Origin: Polyangiaceae bacterium
GTDB taxonomy: Bacteria > Myxococcota_A > Polyangia > Polyangiales > Polyangiaceae
Assembly: GCA_044222475.1 (NCBI GenBank)
Contig: JBGANF010000131.1
Coordinates: forward strand, 1-21,910
Reading direction: 5' to 3'
Length of the DNA stretch: 21,910 nucleotides
Both the position numbers and the translations under genes were made by a program. Below the pieces are notes generated by a model. It made no database searches and was not told where the DNA came from. It saw only the letters and a list, made by a program, of their open reading frames with translations. Positions 9,365-17,077 of this stretch are shown here, piece by piece (position 1 is the first letter of the stretch; each line of letters opens with the position of its first letter).

Positions 9365-10051
9365 CCCCGGGCGCTCGGTCACCCTCACGAGTCCGTGCAT
9401 TCGCCACCCTTCGCGCGCGAGCCATGTTCGCGGCGAGGCCACTGGAGGATCGTCCGTCGGTGGCGAGACGTGAGCGCGCTCGACGAACCCATCGAACCAG
9501 GGCCCCGACGAGAACGCGTCCACCCCTCGCAGCAGCACCCCATGCTTCTTCGCGTTCATCAGGACGTAGACCAAGGCGTTGCGCACCTCACGCGGGGTCT
9601 CCAGCGCGCGGGCGTGGTAACGGTCGCCCCACACCGAGCCGCGAACCGCGAGCGCGCCGTTGATCGCGCGGGCCAGCCGCACGCCGAGCCCGAGCAACCC
9701 CCGCGCCATCGCCCGCTTGTCGTGCGCCTCGACCACGAGGTGCACGTGGTTCGACTGGACCGAGAAATGAAGCACGCGCAACGAGCTCCCGACGCGCTTC
9801 GACCGCAGCGACGCAGCGATCGCCTTGCGCATCGCCCCGAAGAGCGCCTGCTCGCGAAACGACGGCAGACCGCGCCGCGCGCGCAGCGTGACGTGCACGG
9901 GATGCCGCGCACGATGGTCGGGCCGCGCGCGATGCGGGACCGCGGGCCTTCCCTCGCGCTGACGCTTGCGCCCGGCGCCGGCGCGCGCGCCGCCCCACGT
10001 CGGCCTGGGCTGGGTGCCAGGAAGCTCGAGCTGACGCGTGACCTTTCGCAT
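9362..10051 (-). CDS. HUH/Y1 tyrosine transposase (IS200-like / REP-associated RAYT-like)
   Basis: PVHVTLR, FSVQSN-HVH-LVVEA (HUH metal-binding motif), VWGDRYHARAL, and a catalytic-helix-like RNALV-Y-VLMN. The N-terminus is basic (WGGARAGAGRKR). ATG 10051, 229 aa. Confidence 0.85.
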   Translation of the reverse strand: MRKVTRQLELPGTQPRPTWGGARAGAGRKRQREGRPAVPHRARPDHRARHPVHVTLRARRGLPSFREQALFGAMRKAIAASLRSKRVGSSLRVLHFSVQSNHVHLVVEAHDKRAMARGLLGLGVRLARAINGALAVRGSVWGDRYHARALETPREVRNALVYVLMNAKKHGVLLRGVDAFSSGPWFDGFVERAHVSPPTDDPPVASPRTWLAREGWRMHGLVRVTERPG

Positions 10052-10065
10052 GACTTGATTAGGCA

Positions 10066-10094
10066 ATAATGTACATCGTCGAGGGCGGACGCAA
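10066..10094 (-). promoter_or_regulatory. candidate sigma70-type promoter for the transposase
   Basis: The minus strand reads TTGCGT-17 nt-CATTAT in a locally AT-rich patch, ending 14 nt before ATG 10051. Confidence 0.4.
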
Positions 10095-10101
10095 CCCGCC
10101 A
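10080..10101 (+). repeat. hairpin copy 2 (CGAG-GGCGG-loop-CCGCC), REP/IP-like
   Basis: Perfect GGCGG/CCGCC stem with loop ACGCAAC; 18 of 21 aligned positions are identical to copy 1. Confidence 0.6.
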
Positions 10102-10373
10102 AGGGGCATTTTTCAGGGTTCACGGACGCGGCGCGGAGTCACGACGAAGCGCACCGCACGTCAACGCGGCGCCCGAGAGGCGCGACAGCCACTCGCGACA
10201 TCGACGTACCCAATGCAACGAGGTGCGTCGACCTCGAGGGATGCTCACCCGCGCTCGTTGATTCGCTGCGACGGACTCCCTTGCGGCATTCGCTCCGGGC
10301 TTCCGAGCAAGCAGCAGGAGACCGATCGCCTGGATGTGCGCTCTGGGTAGCGGCGGTCTGCTACACCTCTGCC

Positions 10374-11207
10374 ATGCGCTTCGCGTTCGTTCTCTCGCTT
10401 GCGGTGCTGGCCGCCTGCGGAGGCCCGGCATCCACGGTACCCGTGGATTCGGGCGTCGAGACCGGCGCCGTCGACGCGCCCGCGGCGGACTCGAGCTTCG
10501 TCGATGCCGCAGTGCCGGACGCCGGTCCGCCGTTGCACGTGCTCTTCCTCGGGAACAGCTACACGTACGTCAACGATCTGCCGAATCGACTTCACGTCCT
10601 CGCGAGCGTGCAAACGGACTCCCGGCCGATCGAGGTGTCGTCGGTCACCGTCGGCGCCGCCACGCTCGGGAATCTCTGGCTCAACCCCAACGTGAAGTCG
10701 GCGATCGCCGCGGGCGGGAACGACTTCGTCGTCTTGCAGGGACAGAGCGTCGAGCCGCTCGTCTCGGCGAAGGGGTTCCACGACTACGGCCTGCTGCTCG
10801 CCGGCGCCGCGAAGGATGCGAACGCAGCTCCCGTGTTCTACGAGACGTGGGCGCGCAAGGCGGGCGCACCGGAATACCTCGAGTCGTGGAGCGGCGGCTC
10901 CCCCGACGCGATGCAGGATCTCCTCCTCGCCGGGTACGTCGCGGTCACGAAGGATGCCGGAGCCAAGCTCGCCCCCGTCGGCGAAGCGTTCCGCATCGTC
11001 TGGCAGCTCCATCCGTCGATCGAGCTCTACGATCCCGACGGAAGCCACCCCAGCGCGGCGGGTACCTACCTCGCGGCGTGCGTGTTCTACGATGCGCTCA
11101 TCGGCACCACGTTCGTCGCGACCGACGGCGTGCCCGACGGGGTGTCGCCCGCGGACGCCGCAACGCTACGCGACGCCGCCGCGAAAGCGGTCGCATCTCT
11201 CAAGTGA
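10374..11207 (+). CDS. SGNH/GDSL hydrolase lipoprotein
   Basis: MRFAFVLSLAVLAA-C lipobox, acidic linker, VLFLGNSYT (Ser nucleophile), DFVVLQGQS, FYETW, LAPVGEAF, and YDPDGSHPS (D-x-x-H). ATG 10374. Confidence 0.88.
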   Translation: MRFAFVLSLAVLAACGGPASTVPVDSGVETGAVDAPAADSSFVDAAVPDAGPPLHVLFLGNSYTYVNDLPNRLHVLASVQTDSRPIEVSSVTVGAATLGNLWLNPNVKSAIAAGGNDFVVLQGQSVEPLVSAKGFHDYGLLLAGAAKDANAAPVFYETWARKAGAPEYLESWSGGSPDAMQDLLLAGYVAVTKDAGAKLAPVGEAFRIVWQLHPSIELYDPDGSHPSAAGTYLAACVFYDALIGTTFVATDGVPDGVSPADAATLRDAAAKAVASLK

Positions 11208-11208
11208 G

Positions 11209-11465
11209 GTGACGAGGAGACCGCGGCCGGGCGCTCGTAGATCGACCTGCTTGGCGACGCCGAGCGTCGCCTCCACGCCGCCACCGCGACGCACGACGTA
11301 CAAACGATCGGCCACGTAGTCCCAACAGCCGAGTCCGGTGCAGCGCCAATGCGTGCGCCCCGAGAAGTAGACGAGGCACGACTCGGGCCGCCGACGCGCG
11401 TCGACTCGGCGTGGGCCGCTTCGATCTTCGCGCGAAGCACGTCGGACGAGACCTCTTCGGACACG
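11209..11465 (-). pseudogene. possible degraded gene fragment
   Basis: High-GC3 protein-like text switches frame near 11385 (VSEEVSSDVLRAKIEAAHAESTRVGG / ESCLVYFSGRTHWRCTGLGCWDYVADRLYVVRRG). No intact ORF is present. Confidence 0.3.
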
Positions 11466-11493
11466 GCGTGATCCGCGCCGACCAGGGCGACCT

Positions 11494-12450
11494 CTACCCC
11501 ATCAAGCGTCGCTCGATCGCACGCGCGGCCTTCTCCGAGAGCGCGAGGCCACCCTTCTTGCGCACGATCGAGCCGTCCTTCGTGCGCGCATCCAGCCACG
11601 CGGTCACGAACCCGGGCGCGTACCCGCCGGTGGAGAACGCGCCGGCGAGCGCGAGGATGTTCTCGTAGTCGGCGAGGAACCGCTCGCGCTCGAAGACCGG
11701 GTTCTTCCGCGCGTAGAGCCAGAGCTGCGCGTCGTACATCTCGCGCGACAGCGGGTCGGCGTGCAGCGCGAAGAAACCTTTCTTCTCGACGACACGCTCG
11801 GCGAGCGCGCGCAGCGCCTTCTCGGAGCCGGGCGCCGCGGCGCAGAGGCGCTTCAGCAGCGGCGAGAGCTTGCCGTGACGAACCTTCTCGAGCTCGGCGT
11901 CCTTGCGCTCGTCCTCGTCTTCTTCGTACTCGGAGGAGTCGACGAGCCCGCGGACGAACGTCTCGAAGTCCTTCGCGAGCGGCGTGATGCGGTAGTCGCG
12001 CTCTTGGTCGACGTGGACGACCTGAGGCTCGCCGGACGGGCCGCTCGTCCGGTAGTCGAGCATGATCAGGTCGTGGCCCGCCGACGGGCACGTCGCGATC
12101 ACGAGGCCGATCGCCGGGTAACGCCAGCGGTCGATCCAGAACCGCGTGCCGGCCTCGCCGCAGAGCGAGTACCGCTTGGTGCGGCCAATTCCGGCGAGAC
12201 CCGTGATCGCCACGTGGTCGGCGGCCCACGACGTCGCCTTCGTCGTCGGGAAGCACGTCCGGGTCGGCGTCCCACCGTTGTGGCGCGTCATGAGCCACAC
12301 GTAGGAGCGCGGCAGGGTGTAGCCGAGCTCCTTCTCGATGGACGCGACGAGCGCGGCCGTGGGCTTGCGGTCGATGTAGCTCTTCTTCGCGTAGTCCGAG
12401 TCGTCCCAGAAACCGCGGAGCTCGAACCCGTCGAACGGTGGGCGTCGCAT
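11494..12450 (-). CDS. SMI1/KNR4 (SUKH) family protein with C-terminal extension
   Basis: FWDDSDYA, VASIEKELGYTLPRSYVWLM..HNGG, CPSAGHDLIMLDYR..G..GEPQVVHVDQE, LAKDFETFVRGL, then about 130 aa of extra helical domain. ATG 12450. Confidence 0.88.
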   Translation of the reverse strand: MRRPPFDGFELRGFWDDSDYAKKSYIDRKPTAALVASIEKELGYTLPRSYVWLMTRHNGGTPTRTCFPTTKATSWAADHVAITGLAGIGRTKRYSLCGEAGTRFWIDRWRYPAIGLVIATCPSAGHDLIMLDYRTSGPSGEPQVVHVDQERDYRITPLAKDFETFVRGLVDSSEYEEDEDERKDAELEKVRHGKLSPLLKRLCAAAPGSEKALRALAERVVEKKGFFALHADPLSREMYDAQLWLYARKNPVFERERFLADYENILALAGAFSTGGYAPGFVTAWLDARTKDGSIVRKKGGLALSEKAARAIERRLMG

Positions 12451-12469
12451 GATGCGACCGAATCGTAGC

Positions 12470-13378
12470 TCAGACCGTCCGCGATTCGTCGCCCTCCGGA
12501 AGCGGAAGCGCTTCGCGCGACGTCTGCCACGTCGACGGGAGCCCCTCCTCGCCGACTTGGAGCGCGACGATGCCGCCGACGATCGCGCAGGTCGTGTCAC
12601 GGTCGCCGAAGGCCGACACCGTCTGCCACATCGCTTCGACGAAGTCGTGCGAGTACCACGCGCTGATCCAAAGGCAGAACGGCACCGTGTCGGCGGTGGT
12701 CACCCCCGCACCATTCCCGAGGACGCCCGCCGCTTCCGCGGCAGACACGTCCGCCGCGAGCGCGATCGCCGCGTCGATGCCGTCGCGAACGTACCCTTTT
12801 GGGACATGGGAACGCACTTCGGTGAGCCAGGTACGACCGTTCGGGAGCGCGTGCCCCCGGCGTCGCCAGGTGAGCGCGGCTGCGACGCTGACGGCGATCG
12901 CGCCAGCGATGCCCTCTTCGTGCATGTGGGTGATCTCGGCGCTGGCCCTCGCTTCGGCGATGCATTTCTCGAGATCGTCGGCGTGAAAAGCCCCGAGCGG
13001 CGCGACCCGCATCGCCGAGCCGTTGCCGAAGGACCCGCGCCCACGGAAGGCGCTCGCCGACGCTCGCCGCCACGGGATCCCCTCACGGATGGCATTCAAG
13101 ATCGTGTAGGCGCTCGCGCCGTAGCCGCGCGAGGGGTCCATGCGGTCGGCGAAGGCTTCGGCGAGTGCATCTTGGTCGAGCGCGCCGCGCGCGGCGAGCT
13201 CATGGACGATCGAGATGGCCATCTCGGTGTCGTCGGTCCAGCGCCAGCGACCGCTCGGCACCGTGCGCGCGGCGAGCAGCTCTCGAACCTCGTGAGGGGG
13301 CCCGAAGAACTGCTCGCCGAAGGCGTCGCCGATCGAGAGGCCCTCGAGGGAGAGCCACGCGCGCTCGCGAGGATTCAT
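12470..13378 (-). CDS. ADP-ribosylglycohydrolase (DraG/ARH family)
   Basis: GLSIGDAFG, WTDDTEMA, RGYG, SFGNGSAMRVAP, SAEITH, GDRDTTCAIVGG metal-binding motifs. ATG 13378. Confidence 0.92.
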   Translation of the reverse strand: MNPRERAWLSLEGLSIGDAFGEQFFGPPHEVRELLAARTVPSGRWRWTDDTEMAISIVHELAARGALDQDALAEAFADRMDPSRGYGASAYTILNAIREGIPWRRASASAFRGRGSFGNGSAMRVAPLGAFHADDLEKCIAEARASAEITHMHEEGIAGAIAVSVAAALTWRRRGHALPNGRTWLTEVRSHVPKGYVRDGIDAAIALAADVSAAEAAGVLGNGAGVTTADTVPFCLWISAWYSHDFVEAMWQTVSAFGDRDTTCAIVGGIVALQVGEEGLPSTWQTSREALPLPEGDESRTV

Positions 13379-13440
13379 GTGCCGATCGACACGTGTGGCG
13401 GCGCCTTCCTTCCCGGCGTCCAGCAAATCACCCCCCGCCC

Positions 13441-13803
13441 TCACCGACGCGGCGCGTGCAGGCCGACGTGGTTACCCTCCGTGTCGATCACGATCGCGAT
13501 CGATCCCGGGTCGCCGATGTCGGTCTTGCCGAGCAGGACCTTGCCGCCCGCGGCCGGCACCTTCGCCAACGCGCCTTCGAGATCCGGCGCGTCGAGGTAC
13601 ACCATCGCGCCGCCCTTCACCGGAGCTCGCTTCAGGTCGAAGATGAGCGCGCCTCCCGTACCCTCACTGGTGAAGATGGCGTGCGGCGTACCCATGAAGC
13701 TCTCGCGCTTGAGCGTCACTCCCAAGGTCGTCTCGTAGAACTTCGCGGCGCGCTCCAGGTCGGTCGTGGGGAGCTCGAACCAGTTGATGGCGTTCTTCTT
13801 CAT
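13441..13803 (-). CDS. VOC family (glyoxalase/bleomycin-resistance) protein
   Basis: INWFELPTTDLERAAKFYETTLG...VYLDAPDL...GGKV...DTEGNHVGLH. A strong RBS (AAGGAG) lies 8 nt before the ATG. Confidence 0.92.
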   Translation of the reverse strand: MKKNAINWFELPTTDLERAAKFYETTLGVTLKRESFMGTPHAIFTSEGTGGALIFDLKRAPVKGGAMVYLDAPDLEGALAKVPAAGGKVLLGKTDIGDPGSIAIVIDTEGNHVGLHAPRR

Positions 13804-13865
13804 GATGGATTCTCCTTGAGATGGCCGGCGTCGTCGCAGGCGAGAACCCTTCTCCCACAGCCGAT

Positions 13866-13881
13866 TGACAGCATTATGTCA
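13866..13881. promoter_or_regulatory. palindromic operator-like site TGACA-N6-TGTCA
   Basis: TGACAgcattaTGTCA has perfect 5-bp arms, sits in an AT-rich patch, and lies about 60 nt upstream of the VOC start. Confidence 0.6.
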
Positions 13882-13893
13882 GTTTAGTCGAAC

Positions 13894-14280
13894 CTACCGC
13901 CGAACGAGGAAAGCGAGAACCGCCGCGGTGATCACGACGACCACGACGAGCCCGACGAGCAGGCCGGTGATCGAGCCCTTGTCCGGTCGAGTCGCCGGTG
14001 ACGCCTCCACCAACGGGTCGAGCGGCGCTCGTTCGGGCGTGACCGCGCGTGGCGGGGCTTCGCCCGCCCACGGCTCGAGCACCGATTCACGGACGGCCGA
14101 GTCGAACACGCCGTGAAGCTCCGGCACGACGCGCGCCTCGAAGAGCGCGCGACCTTCGCCGACGTCCTTCGTCAGCGAGGGCGCCTTCGTCGTGATCGCC
14201 TCCTTGTTGTAGAGCACGATGTCCGCGACGATCGCTCGCGCGAGTCGCGTCGCCTTGTCCCGGTCGGCGATGAGGCTCAT
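13894..14280 (-). CDS. small hypothetical protein with C-terminal transmembrane anchor
   Basis: MSLIADRDKATRLARAIVADIVLYNKE...EGRALFEARV.PE, a Pro-rich linker, then ITGLLVGLVVVVVITAAVLAFLV-RR. GGAG precedes ATG 14280. Confidence 0.75.
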   Translation of the reverse strand: MSLIADRDKATRLARAIVADIVLYNKEAITTKAPSLTKDVGEGRALFEARVVPELHGVFDSAVRESVLEPWAGEAPPRAVTPERAPLDPLVEASPATRPDKGSITGLLVGLVVVVVITAAVLAFLVRR

Positions 14281-14375
14281 CGCTCCCTCGTACCACGCTT
14301 CCGTCACGTCTCGGTCACGACGGCGGATTCTCGCCTGACGCCCGATCCGCCGCTGCTACCGTTTTTCGTCGATCC

Positions 14376-15197
14376 ATGACGACGCGAAGTGGCCTGCTCA
14401 AGTACTCGGTCGACGCCGTTCCCATCACCCTCGTGGTCGCGACGCTCGCCCTCGCCGTCCTCCCCTTTTTCGTCCACCTGCCGCTCTGGCTCCTCGCCGC
14501 GGTCTGGGTAGCGGTCCTCTACCTGCGCACGTTCGCCCCGTTCATCCAGCACAACCACGCGCACCTGCCGGTCTTCAACTCGCGCGCGCTGAACGTCCTC
14601 TACGACGTGGTGCTCGCCCAGAACACCGGCTACGCGACCGCGCTCTGGGAGCTGCAACACAACCGCGGTCACCACCGTCACTTCCTCGAACCCGAGAAGG
14701 ACGTCGCCACGGTCAACTACCCCGGCACGAACACCCCGATGCCGCGCTGGTATTACGCGGTCCGCGGCAACCTGACGATTCACCGCGACGCGATCCGCAT
14801 CGGGCTCGACGAACGCCGCTCGAACCGGAAGAGCCTTCTGCCCAAGCTCTCGTTCGAGCTCTTCGTGCAGACGGCCATCACCGCGGTCGGCCTCTGGATC
14901 TCGCCGTGGCTGACGCTCGCCTTCTTCGTCGTCCCGAACGCGCTGTCGGCGCTCCTGGTGTGGTGGCAGTCGTACCCGCACCACCACGAGCTCCCGACCG
15001 AGTCCATCTACACGGCGTCGATCACCGACGACACCGGCTTCTACAACTGGATGACCTTCAACATCGGTCACCACACCGCCCACCACGAAAAGCCGACGCT
15101 TCACTGGTCGCTGTTGCCCCCGCGCACCGAGCGCATTCGGCACCTCATCGACGCGCGCTGCATCCGCACGCGGCGACGCGAACCTACGTGGGGGTGA
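14376..15197 (+). CDS. membrane fatty-acid desaturase family protein
   Basis: Three His boxes (HNHAH, HNRGHHRH, NIGHHTAHH) and hydrophobic transmembrane segments. 273 aa. Confidence 0.9.
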   Translation: MTTRSGLLKYSVDAVPITLVVATLALAVLPFFVHLPLWLLAAVWVAVLYLRTFAPFIQHNHAHLPVFNSRALNVLYDVVLAQNTGYATALWELQHNRGHHRHFLEPEKDVATVNYPGTNTPMPRWYYAVRGNLTIHRDAIRIGLDERRSNRKSLLPKLSFELFVQTAITAVGLWISPWLTLAFFVVPNALSALLVWWQSYPHHHELPTESIYTASITDDTGFYNWMTFNIGHHTAHHEKPTLHWSLLPPRTERIRHLIDARCIRTRRREPTWG

Positions 15198-16728
15198 CGA
15201 TCCCGAGCTCGACGAGCTTCGCGAGCTTGCCGCCGAGCAGCGCTTCGACGGCGCCCTCGATCGCCGTCTCTTGCTCCGCCGGGGCTTCGATCGTGCGCTC
15301 GCCGACCCGGATCCGAAGCACGCTCCGCGACACGAGCTCGGAGATCCACCGTTTCCGCGCGTCCGGTGCGGCCTCGACGAGGACCTTGAGCGCGAGCGCC
15401 TCGAGCGCAGGCATCGGGTACGCCATGGACGACACGGGCGACGCGAGCACGATCGGGATCTCGCCGCCGATGCGGCCGAGCATCGCGACGTTGTAGGGCA
15501 GAGGCACCGTGTACGCCGTGTCGCGCGCGGGGGCAGCGCGCGTGCGCGTCGCGAACGGGACGATCGCCTCGGCGAGGAGCAGCTGCACGAGCGCCGCCCG
15601 AACGGTCGCCGCGCCGAAGCGCTGGAGCGCGGGCCGAGCCGCGAGCTCCGAGGCGGTGAACGATCCCTCGCCGAGCGCGTCGAGGACTCCGGTGAAGACG
15701 TCACCCGAGAAGTCGAGCGTCTTGAACCGAAGCTTCACCGAGCGGTCCTTCGGCAACGTGCTCGTCATCCGAGCGAACGGCGTCGCGTCGAGGTAGGCAT
15801 CGGTCGCGGCCGCGCTCCGGGCCTCTTTCCCCCGGCGGTACAGGTCGCGGCGGAAGAACTCGTTCACCGCGAAGTCCTTGAGGCTCTCGAAGCGCAGTCG
15901 ATCGGTCACCGCGCCGAACAGCTCGTCGAGCGCGGGCGGGATCGCCGTGTCGCGGAAGTTGAGCGCAAGCGGCTGCACGCCGACGAAGTAGAGATCGCGC
16001 GCGGCCATCTCGTACGCGACGCGCGAGAAGTACATCGGCACCCAGTGATCGTGCAGGTACTCGTGCACGACGTAGGGCAGCTCGGCGCGCTTCATCGTGT
16101 CGAGCACCTCGCGCGCGGACGGGTTCTGGACGAAATACTCCGCGCCGCCGCGCGCGAGCGCGTCCGCGAACGCGATGCCTCGGGCCGCAGCGTCGACGCT
16201 CGCCGCCGACGCGCGGGCACCGGCCGCCGGCGCGAGCACGAGCTGGCGCAGCGGCTCGACCGAGGCCCACCCCGGCAGCGTGTTGTAGCTGACGTAGAGG
16301 AGGCCACCGGGCTTGAGCTTGCGTTGCACGAGCTCGAGGAGCGCTGCGCGTTTGTCGGGACCGATCCAGCTGAGGACACCATGGAGGGCGATGAAGTCGA
16401 ACTCGGCGAGGTCGTCGTCGGCGAGCTTGGCGAAGTCGCGCTCGAGGAAGCCGATGTTCTCGACCCCGCCGTCCCGCGCGAGGCGCTTCGCCGATGCGAC
16501 GTGGTCGGGGAGAAGGTCGATCCCCACGAAGCGCGCCTTCGGGTGCGCCGCGGCGAGCGCCGTGATCGTGTCGCCGTGGGCGCACCCGAGCTCGAGGTAG
16601 TCGAAGTCGTCGCCGGGTGGCGGAGCGATCCCGTTGAGCGCCGCCGCGAGACGAAGACGCGAGGGGCTCTGCTCGGCGACGAAGTGCCGGACGTACGTGA
16701 CGTCGTCGACGTAGGCGCTCTTGGTCAC
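15184..16728 (-). CDS. class I SAM-dependent methyltransferase with methyltransferase regulatory domain
   Basis: GTG 16728 overlaps the upstream stop (GTGA). Motifs: YLELGCAHG (motif I), FVGID, FDFIALHGVLSWI, LKPGGLLYVSYNTLPGW, YVVHEYL...W.P.YF, FRRDLY. The 3' end overlaps the desaturase by 14 nt. Confidence 0.88.
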   Translation of the reverse strand: MTKSAYVDDVTYVRHFVAEQSPSRLRLAAALNGIAPPPGDDFDYLELGCAHGDTITALAAAHPKARFVGIDLLPDHVASAKRLARDGGVENIGFLERDFAKLADDDLAEFDFIALHGVLSWIGPDKRAALLELVQRKLKPGGLLYVSYNTLPGWASVEPLRQLVLAPAAGARASAASVDAAARGIAFADALARGGAEYFVQNPSAREVLDTMKRAELPYVVHEYLHDHWVPMYFSRVAYEMAARDLYFVGVQPLALNFRDTAIPPALDELFGAVTDRLRFESLKDFAVNEFFRRDLYRRGKEARSAAATDAYLDATPFARMTSTLPKDRSVKLRFKTLDFSGDVFTGVLDALGEGSFTASELAARPALQRFGAATVRAALVQLLLAEAIVPFATRTRAAPARDTAYTVPLPYNVAMLGRIGGEIPIVLASPVSSMAYPMPALEALALKVLVEAAPDARKRWISELVSRSVLRIRVGERTIEAPAEQETAIEGAVEALLGGKLAKLVELGIVTPT

Positions 16729-17039
16729 TCCCACTTCCCGTACTTCATCGGGTGGCGCCCCGTCGCCGGCGGCTCGTTGGGCAACGTCGATCCACACGCA
16801 GCGCGCTCCATCTGCCACTTCCCGCAACCGATGAGCTCGCCGCAGCCGCGCCACATGTGCACGTGCTCGCCCCCGACGCAGGTCCACAGAAAGCCCTCTT
16901 TCGAGCCGATGGAGTCGACCTGGTAGGACTCGTCCGGAGGCCCGGCCGGAGCCCCGGTGACGGTGCTGGGCTTCTTGCTCCCGCACCCTACGAGGAGGAG
17001 CAGCACGACCACACCCAACGCCACGAGCGAAGACCTCAT
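16725..17039 (-). CDS. small lipoprotein
   Basis: MRSSLVALGVVVLLLLVG-C-GSKK lipobox; 4 further Cys; 104 aa. ATG 17039. Confidence 0.72.
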   Translation of the reverse strand: MRSSLVALGVVVLLLLVGCGSKKPSTVTGAPAGPPDESYQVDSIGSKEGFLWTCVGGEHVHMWRGCGELIGCGKWQMERAACGSTLPNEPPATGRHPMKYGKWE

Positions 17040-17077
17040 CCGCAGCGAGGATAGACGAGTCGCGCTACACTGGCACC

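Larger units (their letters stand above)
9342..10101 (-). mobile_element. putative compact Y1-transposase element delimited by two similar subterminal hairpins
   Basis: 9344 AGGGCGG-T-CGCAAC-T-CCGTCA 9364 and 10082 AGGGCGG-A-CGCAAC-CCGCCA 10101 bracket the transposase ORF in direct orientation. Exact ends cannot be determined. Confidence 0.55.

Noticed and set aside
10102..10373. Possible ncRNA or small ORF upstream of the transposase (stem CAACGAG/CTCGTTG at 10216-10260)
   Set aside because: Stems of 6-7 bp are common at this GC content. No recognisable RNA family, terminator or coding bias is present.
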